64,000 nucleotides of DNA from Candidatus Shapirobacteria bacterium (GTDB lineage: Bacteria > Patescibacteriota > Microgenomatia > UBA12405). The stretch covers positions 15,029 through 79,028 of the forward strand of contig JBAXAJ010000002.1 in assembly GCA_037142555.1 (NCBI GenBank). Direction: 5' to 3'. Below are positions 48,655 to 59,070 of this stretch, one piece after another; position 1 is the first letter of the stretch; every line of letters starts with the position of its first letter. The notes under the pieces are model-generated. The model had not been told where the DNA came from and did no database searches. It saw only the letters and a list, made by a program, of their open reading frames with translations. A program made the position numbers and the translations under genes.

Positions 48655-49413
48655 ATGACCAGATCTCAAGACCTAGATACTATTGCTCCAGATGATGAAA
48701 TAATTGTCTCTGGCACTACTCAAACACCAAAAGAAGAAGTTCAAGAGACTAAAGAAATTAAAAAGAAGTTCAAAAAAAAGAAAATAGAAATAGAAGAAGA
48801 ACCAGTCCCTAATGAAGAATTTCATAAAAAAGTTCATGATATTTGTGGTCATTCTAAAAGTTCACTTTCTGGTTTTTTGGTTCATCCTAGAATTCTAACT
48901 TTTGCTGAACAAGGTGACGATGAAACTATTTATCTAGCCGTTCGCCCTCACTGGATTAACAATATTTCTTGGGTTTTTATTGCCATTTTAATGCTTTTTG
49001 TGCCTCTATTTTTTAAATATTTTTCTTTTCTAAATTTTTTCCCAGGTCAATATCAATTTGCCATTATTCTTTTTTGGTACTTAATGACTTTCATTTATTC
49101 TTTTGAAAAATTTTTATCTTGGTATTTTGATCTCTATTTAGTCACTGATCAGCGAGTTATTGACATTGATTTTAATAATCTTTTGAATAAACATTTTGCT
49201 GAAGCCGATATCGCTATGGTTCAAGATGTTTCCACTTCTATCCGTGGAGTTCTAGGAACCTTCTTTAACTTTGGTGATGTTCTAATTCAAACTGCTTCTG
49301 AAACTAATCAAATAAATTTTGAAAAAGTTCCAAATCCAGAAAAAATCATTAAACTATTTAAGGAACTTCGTGATTTAGAAGAACAAAAAAAAGGAGGCGA
49401 AAATGATAGGTAA
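48655..49413 (+). CDS. Membrane protein with bacterial PH domain
   Basis: RPHW, VTDQRVID, FNFGDV.IQTA. Confidence 0.8.
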   Translation: MTRSQDLDTIAPDDEIIVSGTTQTPKEEVQETKEIKKKFKKKKIEIEEEPVPNEEFHKKVHDICGHSKSSLSGFLVHPRILTFAEQGDDETIYLAVRPHWINNISWVFIAILMLFVPLFFKYFSFLNFFPGQYQFAIILFWYLMTFIYSFEKFLSWYFDLYLVTDQRVIDIDFNNLLNKHFAEADIAMVQDVSTSIRGVLGTFFNFGDVLIQTASETNQINFEKVPNPEKIIKLFKELRDLEEQKKGGENDR

Positions 49414-49636
49414 TATTGTAACTATAGATGACGCAGGAAACTATTTCCTTATTATAACTAAGATTTTCTTCATTCTTTTTGGTCTACTTTACTTTATATT
49501 CTCTCTAATTGTAGTTAAACAAGTCGGTTCAATGTCAAAAAGCGTCACTGACAAATTTAACTCAGTTTTAATCGCTTTTTCCTACATTCATCTTATCTTC
49601 TCAATTCTTCTGATTTTGACTTTTCTCGCATTGTAG
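49403..49636 (+). CDS. Small two-TM protein
   Basis: Y.IFSLIVVKQV..M motif; SD AGGAGG. Confidence 0.65.
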   Translation: MIGNIVTIDDAGNYFLIITKIFFILFGLLYFIFSLIVVKQVGSMSKSVTDKFNSVLIAFSYIHLIFSILLILTFLAL

Positions 49637-49648
49637 TATGATTAAGTA

Positions 49649-51544
49649 ATGCATTTTACTTGTCGTCCGTTTATTGGTAAACCAAGTGCTAATAACTGGT
49701 CTCAATATTGGGAAAATGAACCAGATGACCCAATATTAATTCATCAACGTGGACATCTCTTTGGTCTAATTAATCTTGGCATCGAGTCCAGAGAAGAGGA
49801 TTTAAACATCATCGGCCACGACATAATATACGAACTTAACCAAAATTATTTTTCTTGTGATAATCAAGAAAACATCCAAGAATGTCTAAAAAATGCCCTA
49901 ATTTCAGTAATAAACAATCCTTTGTATCAAACTAATAAACTAGAAATATTAATTGCAGTTGTCTTAAAAAATAATTTATATCTAGTTTCCTCTGGTCTTG
50001 GGAAAGTAATCCTTTGTCGAGATAACAAAATCAGCTCAATTTTAAAAAATGATAATCAAGAAATAAAAACTCTTTCTGGTCCAATTAACCCAGAAGATAA
50101 AATTTTTCTCAGCACTAATTCATTTTTTGAACAATTCACTTGGGAAAAAATAAAAATGGTCCTATCTAATCAGAAAATGGAAAATATAGAAGAAGACTTT
50201 CTTTCCACTCTATATTCTCTCGACAATCAAGATGGGCTTGCTTCTGTTTTAATTCAAACACACAATGAAGAAGACCAAACTCCGACTTTAGAGACCGAAG
50301 CAGCACCAAATGAATCTTTAGATGATTCTATTGCTGATTTCAATCAATTTTCACAAACTCAACAAATTCAAACTCCAAACCCTCCTAAAAAATCCATTTT
50401 TTCTTTTTTTAAAAGAGGAAATAAAGATTCAGTTTATATTTCTCATCACGACATTGGCGCTCTTTCAAAAAGAAAAAAAATAAACTTAGTGATTGCTATA
50501 GTCCTAATTTTAGCTTTAATAACCAGTTTTTATTTTGGCTATCAAAAAAATCAATCAATCCAAAATGAAAAGAAATATCAAAGTTTAAAATCAGAACTAG
50601 ACAAAAAATTCACCGACATCATTGCTGTCAAAAGTTTAAATTTAAATTCAGCTCAACAACTTGCTCGTGATTCAGAATCAATAATTAAAAAAATGACTGA
50701 TCTAAAACTTCACTCAGATGAAATCATAACTTATCAAACTCAAGTCCAACAAATATTATCTCAAACTGGTGCTACTGATCACTTCAGTCCAGCTCTTTTC
50801 TATGACATGTCAATTTCTTTCAAATCATCTCAATATTCCAAACTTCTTCTAAAAGGTGACAGTCTCTATCTTCTAGATTCAGCCAATGGTCGCCTAGACT
50901 CTCTAAATATCCCTAAAAAATCAAGTAAAAGCGTCATGGTTAATGACCAAATCAAAAACCTCAATTTTTTAGCTGAAAATAGTGGGGAACTATATTTAGC
51001 CAACAAAACTAACATATTTTTAGTCAAAAATACTTCTCTCGAGTCAAAAGTTGATCTTTCAACTTCCACAATTGATTTAACTGACATTAAGTTTTGGAAT
51101 GGAGCAATCTATGTTTTAGACCAAAAAAATCTAAACATTTGGAAACTAAATTCAAATTCAACTGCTTTTGGAGCTCCTCAACTTTGGTTAAAAAATGATG
51201 CTAAGCTCGACGCTAACCCTCTTTCTCTAGCGATTAATGGTAATATTTCGGTTTTACATAAAAATGGTCAAATCAGCTCTTATTCTAGTGGTGTTAAGCA
51301 AGATTTCAAATTAGTCCAACAAGGGGAGTCTTCTCAAACAAGTAACTTAAATATAACTCTAAACTCAGGAATTTTTGTTTTTGTTGATAATCAAAACATA
51401 ATTTATGTCTATAAAAAAACTGGTGAACTGCAATCAAAATATAATTTTGATAAATTAAAAATCGCCGACATTGCTGTTGATGAAAAAACTGCCTCAATCT
51501 TCGTTCTCGCCACTGACCAAAAAATCTATCAAATAAAATTATAG
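49649..51544 (+). CDS. Degenerate PP2C-like domain, TM, and extracellular beta-propeller
   Basis: RGHLFG N-domain, central TM, C-terminal repeats (LYLLD, IYVLD, IFVL). Confidence 0.65.
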   Translation: MHFTCRPFIGKPSANNWSQYWENEPDDPILIHQRGHLFGLINLGIESREEDLNIIGHDIIYELNQNYFSCDNQENIQECLKNALISVINNPLYQTNKLEILIAVVLKNNLYLVSSGLGKVILCRDNKISSILKNDNQEIKTLSGPINPEDKIFLSTNSFFEQFTWEKIKMVLSNQKMENIEEDFLSTLYSLDNQDGLASVLIQTHNEEDQTPTLETEAAPNESLDDSIADFNQFSQTQQIQTPNPPKKSIFSFFKRGNKDSVYISHHDIGALSKRKKINLVIAIVLILALITSFYFGYQKNQSIQNEKKYQSLKSELDKKFTDIIAVKSLNLNSAQQLARDSESIIKKMTDLKLHSDEIITYQTQVQQILSQTGATDHFSPALFYDMSISFKSSQYSKLLLKGDSLYLLDSANGRLDSLNIPKKSSKSVMVNDQIKNLNFLAENSGELYLANKTNIFLVKNTSLESKVDLSTSTIDLTDIKFWNGAIYVLDQKNLNIWKLNSNSTAFGAPQLWLKNDAKLDANPLSLAINGNISVLHKNGQISSYSSGVKQDFKLVQQGESSQTSNLNITLNSGIFVFVDNQNIIYVYKKTGELQSKYNFDKLKIADIAVDEKTASIFVLATDQKIYQIKL

Positions 51545-51549
51545 TTTAG

Positions 51550-51590
51550 CCTCCCTGTCAAGGGAGGTGCCCGAAGGGCGGAGGGTTTTT
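51550..51590. repeat. GC-rich palindromic (REP-like) element
   Basis: CTCCCT-GTCA-AGGGAG-GT-GCCC-GAA-GGGC-GGAGGG-TTTT. Confidence 0.8.
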
Positions 51591-51608
51591 TCTGTTAAAA
51601 TACATCAG

Positions 51609-52022
51609 ATGAAACATTTCAACAAAGAATCACGCGATTATGAATTTATCGCCAAAATTGAAGCCGGAATTGCCCTAAGTGGCTCTGACGCCAAATCTTT
51701 GCGCACACAAACTCCTCAATTTGCCAATTCTAAAGTTGAAATTCAAAATGGTCGTCCAGTTCTATTGAATCTTCAAATTCCTCTCTATAAATATTCTCAA
51801 GGTCAAACAATTGACACTACTGGTGAGAGAAACCTATTATTATCTCAAAAAGAAATTGCCAAACTCCTAAGCTATCGAAATCAAAAATACATGCTTATTC
51901 CTATTTCACTTTATGTCAAAGGCAAATGGTTCAAAGTCGAAATTGGTGTCGGCCGCAAAATGCGCAAATACGAAAAACGCGAAAAAATCAAAGCCAAAGA
52001 AATGGCTAGAATCATAAAATAA
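51609..52022 (+). CDS. smpB: SsrA-binding protein
   Basis: NK....DY......EAGIALSG...KSLR, R.LLL..KEI, KVEIG.GR..RKYEKRE; start ATG 51609 (track start lies in the repeat). Confidence 0.95.
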   Translation: MKHFNKESRDYEFIAKIEAGIALSGSDAKSLRTQTPQFANSKVEIQNGRPVLLNLQIPLYKYSQGQTIDTTGERNLLLSQKEIAKLLSYRNQKYMLIPISLYVKGKWFKVEIGVGRKMRKYEKREKIKAKEMARIIK

Positions 52023-52047
52023 TTTTAATATTAGGTTATAATCTTAT

Positions 52048-55000
52048 ATGCCTGAATTAAAAGGAAATAATGAGACACCATCTGTAGAAACTACCCCAAA
52101 AAAAATTGTTGAACAAAAAATTGACCAAAAACCAGAAGCAGAAGCATCAATCGAAAAAAATGAAGAGATTAATTCAACTAATTCAGAAATCAAACAAATA
52201 AATAAAGAAATAGAAGAAATCTCCCAACCAGACACTACTTCTAAAGAAGCTTTAATTAATAGAGATTGGTATTATATTAGAAGAGAAGAAACTATCTTCC
52301 CAAAAGGTTTTATTGATTCTCACCAGACCCAACTTCAAGAGCATGCTCCAGAACAAAAAAACGGTTTTATTGATAAAGTAGTTGCCACACCTTATATTCT
52401 AAAACTAAAAACATTAGGCGTAAAAAACGCTACTGAATTTTACAACGCTCTTAAACAACGAGGCTTTTCCAATGAATATATAGCAGTTAACGAAGTTGTA
52501 AAAAAATTAGAAGGCTTATCAATCAAAGATATTACTAGCGCTATCGATAAATTTAACAAACTTGGTTTTCATGTTGGCAGTTCCGATTTAGCTAGTGTTG
52601 ATTTTAAAGAATTAATCATAAAAATTAATAGTGTTCCTGATGCTCAGTTTGATTCCGTCTGTTCAGAACTAAATCCGTATTCCTTTTTGAATGATTTAAA
52701 TATGAAGAAACCAATTCGTATTGCTAATCTTGAATCCCACAAAACAGAAATTAATCCATTTTTAAATTCTCTTATTGAAACGGTTCAGAATGGCAAAATT
52801 GATCCGGAAATTAAAAAAAGACTAGATATTATTAAAGAAATAATATTATTAGATCCAACTAATAAGGAAGATATTTCAAGCCTAGTAAATATCAAAAGAG
52901 AACAATTAACTCCACAAAATATTTTTAATAAAGATAGCCAAATCAGTTTCCATTTACCGGAAGGATCAAGGGTTGATGATGATATTTTTGAAAAAAATTT
53001 TAAATTTATCTACCAAAACATCGATAAATTCAATAATCCGGAAGAAATTATTAGAAAATTATCTCAAAAGCAAATAGACAAACTCCAAAATAATGATAAA
53101 GGTGTTGCTGATTTTTTAAAAAAACTTACTTTAATTGATGATGACAGCACTAGAACAAGTGTTAGTGTTAATGAAATAATTACTTTTGTCACCAGAAATC
53201 AAGATAAAATAAGTTCATCTTTTAAAGACCAAAAACAAATGTCAGATTTTATTTTAGAACTAGCTGAAACTAAAACTTCAGACACTGAATCTCAAAAAAG
53301 AGACACTGCTTATTTTATAGAAAATCTTAAAAATATAAATATTTCTGAAGTTATTTTTTTTCCAATTACAGACGATAGATTATATTGGCAGGTATTTTCC
53401 AATACTCTAGACAGAGAATTCGCCGGAGATTTTATTACCAAAAAAGATATATATTTTGACAGTGATAATTCTCTCACTCCTTTATTTTTTGAAACTATTT
53501 TAAAAAATGGAGAATTCAACAACAGACTTATTGTTGAAAATTTTAACGGATATATCAAAGATAAACATACCGAAGAAGCCGATTTTACTTCAAAATTTTC
53601 TCCCAAAGACACAGTATTTTGGAAAACATTTTATTATAATTCTTATTCTTACAGAGATAGGTATCATAAATTTGTTTCTAACCTTGATGAATTAAAAGAG
53701 CTCCTTGGTGAGACTGACGCTATTAACCCAGAGTTTTTCACAAAAATTGCAAATGAATATGAAGGGAAAGGTTATTTGGAATGGATTTTAACAGATGAAA
53801 TATTAGATAGTTTACCCGCACAAGATAAAGTTTTTTGGACACTATTCAAAGATCTTAATGGTGATTTGAACGGTGGTACCTATATAGATAAATTATTAGA
53901 ATTAAAAGAAAATTTTTCTCAATATTTTAATGAAAAAAACGAATTTAATTCTAGTTTTTTTGAAATGTTAAATCATAATTTTGATTTAGAAAAACTCAAA
54001 GAGTATCTTACTTTGGAAAACATTGAAAAACTTGAAAATCCCCAAGAAAAATTATTTTGGAATGTATATAAAAGTTTACTTCCTAAAGATTCTGATGAAC
54101 GATTTGGAATAGTTAGCGACTCTAAACTAGAAATAAGAAATTTTTTGAATGATAATCAAGCTGAATTTTATTCAAAATACATTACTCCAGATAATAAATT
54201 AAGTGGGTCATTTATATTTGATGTTTCAAAAATAAAATATATTAATGAAAAATTTACAGATGTTTTTTCTCAAGAATTTTTAGACAATCTAGATCCTAAA
54301 GAAAAAATGTTTTGGACTTTTTATTGTAATGCTGATGTCTATACTCAAGTAAACTTCGGGAATAAAGAAAACACAATTAGAGAAATATTAATTTCCAACA
54401 AAGACGATTATAGTAAATTATTAAATAAAGATGGTTTCCCGACTTCGCTATTATTTGAATTAGCCACAAAATTATCACACGAAGATGAATATAAACACTC
54501 CATTATTAATTTAAGTAATCTTTCTGATGAAGTTTTAAACACTTTCAGTCCGCAGGATAAAGCCTTTTGGACAGCCTACAGAGACTGTTTCTTTATTAAT
54601 GGTGAATTGAAGGAAGATGATTTGTACATAAAAAGCATAACAATGTTTCTGACAGCTAACCACTCTGATTTTTCTAAATTTTTAGATAATAATTACAATT
54701 TTAATAGTTTATTTTTAGAATCGATAGTCAAAAAAAATCTTGCTATTCCAGACAGATTTTTAACCGATGAGAAATTATCATTTCTTACTGATGGTAAAAA
54801 AATATGGGAAATAATTAGGCAAAACAATATGTCTAAGTTTAATGAATTTGTTCTTAATAATAAAGATCAGCTTGATCAATTTTTTGATAATCAAAACATA
54901 CCTACTTTTATATTTTATGAAAATGCTATGTCACAAGGACTTATTATTGATACTTGGAAACATTTATTAACAACAGAACAAATATCTAACTTTCCTGAAG

Positions 55001-58000
55001 AATCAAGAAAATTTTCATATATTTTAAAAAGTTTGGTTGATAAAGAATGCCCCACAGATATACTAAATCTTGTAATTAAAAATCAAAATAATATTGATTT
55101 ATTTTTTAATAAAGAAGGTCAAATAACGAATACTTTTCTCGAAGCCATATCAAAAATAGTTAAAGAGCCAGGCTACTATCAAAATTTTATAATCAATTCG
55201 CTTTTAACTCCGGAGATAATTAAGACTTTTCCTTTAAATGAACAAAAGTTTTGGGATACAATTTTAAATATAGATATAGATAGTAAATATCTTGATTCTT
55301 ATAGAATTAGACAAAGACTTTTTCAGTACAAAGATAATATTGATCAATTTATCGACAACAATAATAAACCGACTGCTTCATTTTTTAAGTCATTAATCAG
55401 TTCTGAAGATGCATACTCTCTGGGCAATGAAGGATTTATTTTTAATTATTTTACTCCAGAATTAATTGAATCATTTAGTGAAGCAGATAAATCTTTTATA
55501 AATAAATTTAATTTGGAGATATTAAAAGATTTTAATGAAGCTGAAGTTACAACATACCGAGCTTTTTTAATAAAAAATCAAGATAATTTAGATACTTTTT
55601 TTGATACATCTAATAACCCTTCATCTTTATTAATCGAATCTCTAATTTTAAATAAAGATACTCTTAATGATAAAAATATAATAAACAAATTTTTATCATC
55701 AGAAATATTAAATACATTTTCAACTGAAGATCAAAATTTTTGGAGTCTCTTTAGAAGAGACACCCAAAATAATGAAGGACTAGAAAAATTCTTAATTAAA
55801 CATAAAAATGAGATAGACATTTTATATAACCCAGATGATTTATCTGTTACTCTATCATTTATAGAATTAGCTATAAATGAAAACTATAGTTTTAGGGTAA
55901 GGAATTTGGTTACTCCAGATTTTATTAAAAACCGACCAGAATCAGAAACTAAATTTTGGAATAATTTAAATTCAACAAATGAACAGGTTACAAATATTAT
56001 TCTAAAAAATATTTTTGAAAATGAAATATCGGAAATTGAAAACAATCCTTTCTTTAAATTAATCTCACAAGACAAACTTAATTTCTTCGATTTAAGTCAC
56101 GATTTAGATATAGAGATTGGGAAATATATTAATCAATCTGGTTCACTTTCTCAAAAGGATTGTAAAACTCTTATTGAATTTGGGATTAATATAAGCAGAG
56201 AATCAATTATTTCAACAGATCAAATTGAGATAAATCAATCAAATTATAAATCATTATTGATACTTTACATCAAGTCTCAACAAGATGGAAACCAGTATTT
56301 AGCACCTATATTAAGCAAACTAGAACCTTTGTTTAATGAATCTAAAACCAAAAACTTTTGTCTCCAACAACTTCAAGACGAATGGAAATTATATTTAAAT
56401 TCTGGGGAAACAGGGGAGTTATCATTTTCTCTAAAATTATTTTCCAAATTTGTCACTGATCTCGACAGTGCCGGTCCACTTAGTCAAATAAAATCTTTAA
56501 GTCTTTTAATTGACAGTGTCGATAATTCTTTTTCTAAAAAAACAACTGTTCAACGAAGCAAAGAGGAAATATTAAGCGGATTATTAGAGATAGAAGATAA
56601 AAAATGGTCTAACGAAGCTAAAACCAATTTTTATAATATCTCCAAAGATATTATTGATGCTGCTCCAAGTCTTTTCTCTGATTATCTGTCTCTTTTTAAA
56701 AAATTACCACCAGCAGAGCTAAAAAGATTTGTTGAAGAAATCTATCCATTATACAAAACAAAATTAGTATTAATAGAAAAAGAAAAAAACAATCAAAAAT
56801 ATTATGAACCTAGCCAATTATTAGAACTAAGAAAAGATATCAGAGCCTTTAATGATTTTGATTCTCAAAGAGTAAATCTATTAGAAGATATAAAAGAAGC
56901 ATTTTCCACTCGTTTTGACATTATAAAAATACCAGAAAATTTTAGCCCAGAACTTGTCAGATCAATTAAAAATATTTCTACTTATTTAAGTAATCTTAAT
57001 GATAGAACTCCAGAAAAAGAAACAATTCTTGGTTTTTATTTATCATTAATGGTTAATGATCGTTGGGATGATTTTAGAAATGGTAAAGAAATTAATCCCA
57101 GAGATTATGTCTCAGAAAGTAAAAGTCTCATAATAGAAAAATTTCTCGAAGATAGAAAAAAAACAATATCAAAATTAACCGAAAATACTGGTATCAAAGA
57201 TGAAGAAATTTCTGAATTTATTAAATTATTACAATCAGAAACTCAAAATGTCAAAGTCGGTGATATCGAAACAATCGATATTAAATTAAACAATATTGTC
57301 CAAAACTTACATGAATTACAAGATTTAGATTTATATCCAGAGGCCTTAGATAAACAAAGAATGGAATTACTCCAGCTTTTTGGTAATAAAGGAGTCGGAT
57401 CAACTGTTGCCAAAATATATCAACAATTAACCAACCCCACAAAAAATATTTCTCTATCAGAAAATGAAATTAAAATTAAACAACAAATAATTGATATTTG
57501 TCAGGCCACAGGCCTCGATTTTAATAATCCACAAGTTATAAAAGAACATTTTCAAGATGGAATCAGAGCTTTTGCCACCCTAGTTAATATGTCTTCATCT
57601 GTAGAAGAATCAAATGTTGAAGGTGAAATAGAAATTTTAAGAAAAATTTTACAACCATCCCCAGAAATTATAGATATATTTAACAGATTAGGTGAAGATT
57701 TTAAGGTCAGTTCAGGGGCAATGGCTCTTTCTCAAGATTTAGATTATTTAGACAATTTAGCTATTAAAAAAGAATCTCTATTAGATCCAGCCGAAAAAGA
57801 AATTATTTCAGAATATATTTTAAAGATTAAAGATCAAGTTTTAAAACTAGAACAAGTGTATGATCAAATAAAAAGTAAATTTGAAAATTTAAAACAAGGT
57901 AATTCTAGTTCACAAAATATCTTATTAAATGAAAAATTAAAAGAAATAGAAAAAATTATTAACAGTCAATCAACTCAACAAGTAATCACCAGCACTACCA

Positions 58001-58536
58001 CTAATAATTTAAATGTCGTTATCGAAAATATTAGAGCTTGTCTCTCCTGCACTGAAAAAGGTTGTAATAATGATACTGATTTAACATTTGGTGATATTAA
58101 TAAATTTTATGTATACAGCCAATCAGAAAATCAACCAAATAACAGTATTTCAGATCAACTAGTTTATCTAGAACCAATTGTTAGACAAGATGGTTCTAAT
58201 GAAATATCTTTTGTTTTTGACAATTTATATGGCACAAGGACTCCTTCAATCTTAGAAAATCAAATAGAAACAGTCATAAAAAAAGCCAGAATAATAAAAC
58301 AAAAATTTCCAAATCTAAAAATTTCTCTCTTTGTTTCCAACAGTGCTTTATTAAGTAGTGGTTTGCCAGTTGATAGACTAGTTCAAAAATTTAAAGTTGA
58401 AAAATTATCATCAGAATTAGAAAAAGTTGAAGTCGATATAATTGAGTCAGCTGCTGGCGATCATTATATTGAGATTGGTGGAGGCGCCAGAACATCTGGA
58501 AAAAGAAAAGTAGATGGAATTATTGTTAATATTTGA
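52048..58536 (+). CDS. 2162-aa hypothetical protein with degenerate internal repeats
   Basis: Uninterrupted ORF; recurring FW-containing units; C-terminal CLSC..GCN domain. Confidence 0.85.
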   Translation: MPELKGNNETPSVETTPKKIVEQKIDQKPEAEASIEKNEEINSTNSEIKQINKEIEEISQPDTTSKEALINRDWYYIRREETIFPKGFIDSHQTQLQEHAPEQKNGFIDKVVATPYILKLKTLGVKNATEFYNALKQRGFSNEYIAVNEVVKKLEGLSIKDITSAIDKFNKLGFHVGSSDLASVDFKELIIKINSVPDAQFDSVCSELNPYSFLNDLNMKKPIRIANLESHKTEINPFLNSLIETVQNGKIDPEIKKRLDIIKEIILLDPTNKEDISSLVNIKREQLTPQNIFNKDSQISFHLPEGSRVDDDIFEKNFKFIYQNIDKFNNPEEIIRKLSQKQIDKLQNNDKGVADFLKKLTLIDDDSTRTSVSVNEIITFVTRNQDKISSSFKDQKQMSDFILELAETKTSDTESQKRDTAYFIENLKNINISEVIFFPITDDRLYWQVFSNTLDREFAGDFITKKDIYFDSDNSLTPLFFETILKNGEFNNRLIVENFNGYIKDKHTEEADFTSKFSPKDTVFWKTFYYNSYSYRDRYHKFVSNLDELKELLGETDAINPEFFTKIANEYEGKGYLEWILTDEILDSLPAQDKVFWTLFKDLNGDLNGGTYIDKLLELKENFSQYFNEKNEFNSSFFEMLNHNFDLEKLKEYLTLENIEKLENPQEKLFWNVYKSLLPKDSDERFGIVSDSKLEIRNFLNDNQAEFYSKYITPDNKLSGSFIFDVSKIKYINEKFTDVFSQEFLDNLDPKEKMFWTFYCNADVYTQVNFGNKENTIREILISNKDDYSKLLNKDGFPTSLLFELATKLSHEDEYKHSIINLSNLSDEVLNTFSPQDKAFWTAYRDCFFINGELKEDDLYIKSITMFLTANHSDFSKFLDNNYNFNSLFLESIVKKNLAIPDRFLTDEKLSFLTDGKKIWEIIRQNNMSKFNEFVLNNKDQLDQFFDNQNIPTFIFYENAMSQGLIIDTWKHLLTTEQISNFPEESRKFSYILKSLVDKECPTDILNLVIKNQNNIDLFFNKEGQITNTFLEAISKIVKEPGYYQNFIINSLLTPEIIKTFPLNEQKFWDTILNIDIDSKYLDSYRIRQRLFQYKDNIDQFIDNNNKPTASFFKSLISSEDAYSLGNEGFIFNYFTPELIESFSEADKSFINKFNLEILKDFNEAEVTTYRAFLIKNQDNLDTFFDTSNNPSSLLIESLILNKDTLNDKNIINKFLSSEILNTFSTEDQNFWSLFRRDTQNNEGLEKFLIKHKNEIDILYNPDDLSVTLSFIELAINENYSFRVRNLVTPDFIKNRPESETKFWNNLNSTNEQVTNIILKNIFENEISEIENNPFFKLISQDKLNFFDLSHDLDIEIGKYINQSGSLSQKDCKTLIEFGINISRESIISTDQIEINQSNYKSLLILYIKSQQDGNQYLAPILSKLEPLFNESKTKNFCLQQLQDEWKLYLNSGETGELSFSLKLFSKFVTDLDSAGPLSQIKSLSLLIDSVDNSFSKKTTVQRSKEEILSGLLEIEDKKWSNEAKTNFYNISKDIIDAAPSLFSDYLSLFKKLPPAELKRFVEEIYPLYKTKLVLIEKEKNNQKYYEPSQLLELRKDIRAFNDFDSQRVNLLEDIKEAFSTRFDIIKIPENFSPELVRSIKNISTYLSNLNDRTPEKETILGFYLSLMVNDRWDDFRNGKEINPRDYVSESKSLIIEKFLEDRKKTISKLTENTGIKDEEISEFIKLLQSETQNVKVGDIETIDIKLNNIVQNLHELQDLDLYPEALDKQRMELLQLFGNKGVGSTVAKIYQQLTNPTKNISLSENEIKIKQQIIDICQATGLDFNNPQVIKEHFQDGIRAFATLVNMSSSVEESNVEGEIEILRKILQPSPEIIDIFNRLGEDFKVSSGAMALSQDLDYLDNLAIKKESLLDPAEKEIISEYILKIKDQVLKLEQVYDQIKSKFENLKQGNSSSQNILLNEKLKEIEKIINSQSTQQVITSTTTNNLNVVIENIRACLSCTEKGCNNDTDLTFGDINKFYVYSQSENQPNNSISDQLVYLEPIVRQDGSNEISFVFDNLYGTRTPSILENQIETVIKKARIIKQKFPNLKISLFVSNSALLSSGLPVDRLVQKFKVEKLSSELEKVEVDIIESAAGDHYIEIGGGARTSGKRKVDGIIVNI

Positions 58537-58543
58537 GGATTTA

Positions 58544-58579
58544 TCCATCCGAAGCTCCAATAATAGGAGCGTAGGAGGA
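58544..58579. repeat. Palindromic element overlapping the tmRNA 3' end
   Basis: TCCATCC-GAA-GCTCC-AATAATA-GGAGC-GTA-GGAGGA. Confidence 0.55.
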
Positions 58580-58998
58580 GATGCTCGGTATCGAGCCGAG
58601 GTCCGAAAGCGGATTTTAAAAAACGTCTACAAGCTTAAGTTACTTTCTCCTACACTTTCAACAGCTAAAGTAAATGAAAAGCGTTGAAACGTCGATTAGT
58701 GATGGAATTACCCACCTCTTAATTCCGATAATAGTCGAGAACCATCGGAAAGCATTCTAGTTTAGTTGACACTTTCTAATTTCCTCTAGAATAGAAAACT
58801 AAAAAATGGTTGGCTACAACTTAAGCGAAAGCTAAAGCTGGAGCAGCTGCTTTTTGAAAACCGAAGCCTTCGAAAGCAGTTAAATCAACACCAAAAGATT
58901 TTTTGGCATAATTGTTTTGACCCTGTTTAACGGCTCAATGGATCAAAGCCGGCTTGCAGTTTTTTAAAGTACTCACTCCGTCAATGCAATACATCTCC
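58576..58998 (-). ncRNA. ssrA: tmRNA
   Basis: 5' GGAGATG-TATTGCATTGAC pairs with 3' CATCTCC; T arm CTCGG-CTCGATA-CCGAG preceded by GGAC; tag frame AKKSFGVDLTAFEGFGFQKAAAPALAFA*; TATAAT upstream; smpB nearby. Confidence 0.92.
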
Positions 58999-59021
58999 AG
59001 AGGCATATATTATAGCACAAG

Positions 59022-59054
59022 TCTCCCTTGTCAAAGGGAGATTTAGAGGGATTT
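59022..59054. repeat. GC-rich palindromic (REP-like) element
   Basis: TCTCCCTT-GTCA-AAGGGAGA-TTTA-GAGGG-ATTT. Confidence 0.75.
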
Positions 59055-59070
59055 GTACTATAATTAACAA

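Noticed and set aside
51567-51608. N-terminal extension of SmpB
   Set aside because: It starts within a palindromic repeat; a -10 box supports ATG 51609.
52023-58576. Prophage or integrative element at ssrA
   Set aside because: No integrase and no duplicated ssrA 3' fragment was seen near 52023-52047.
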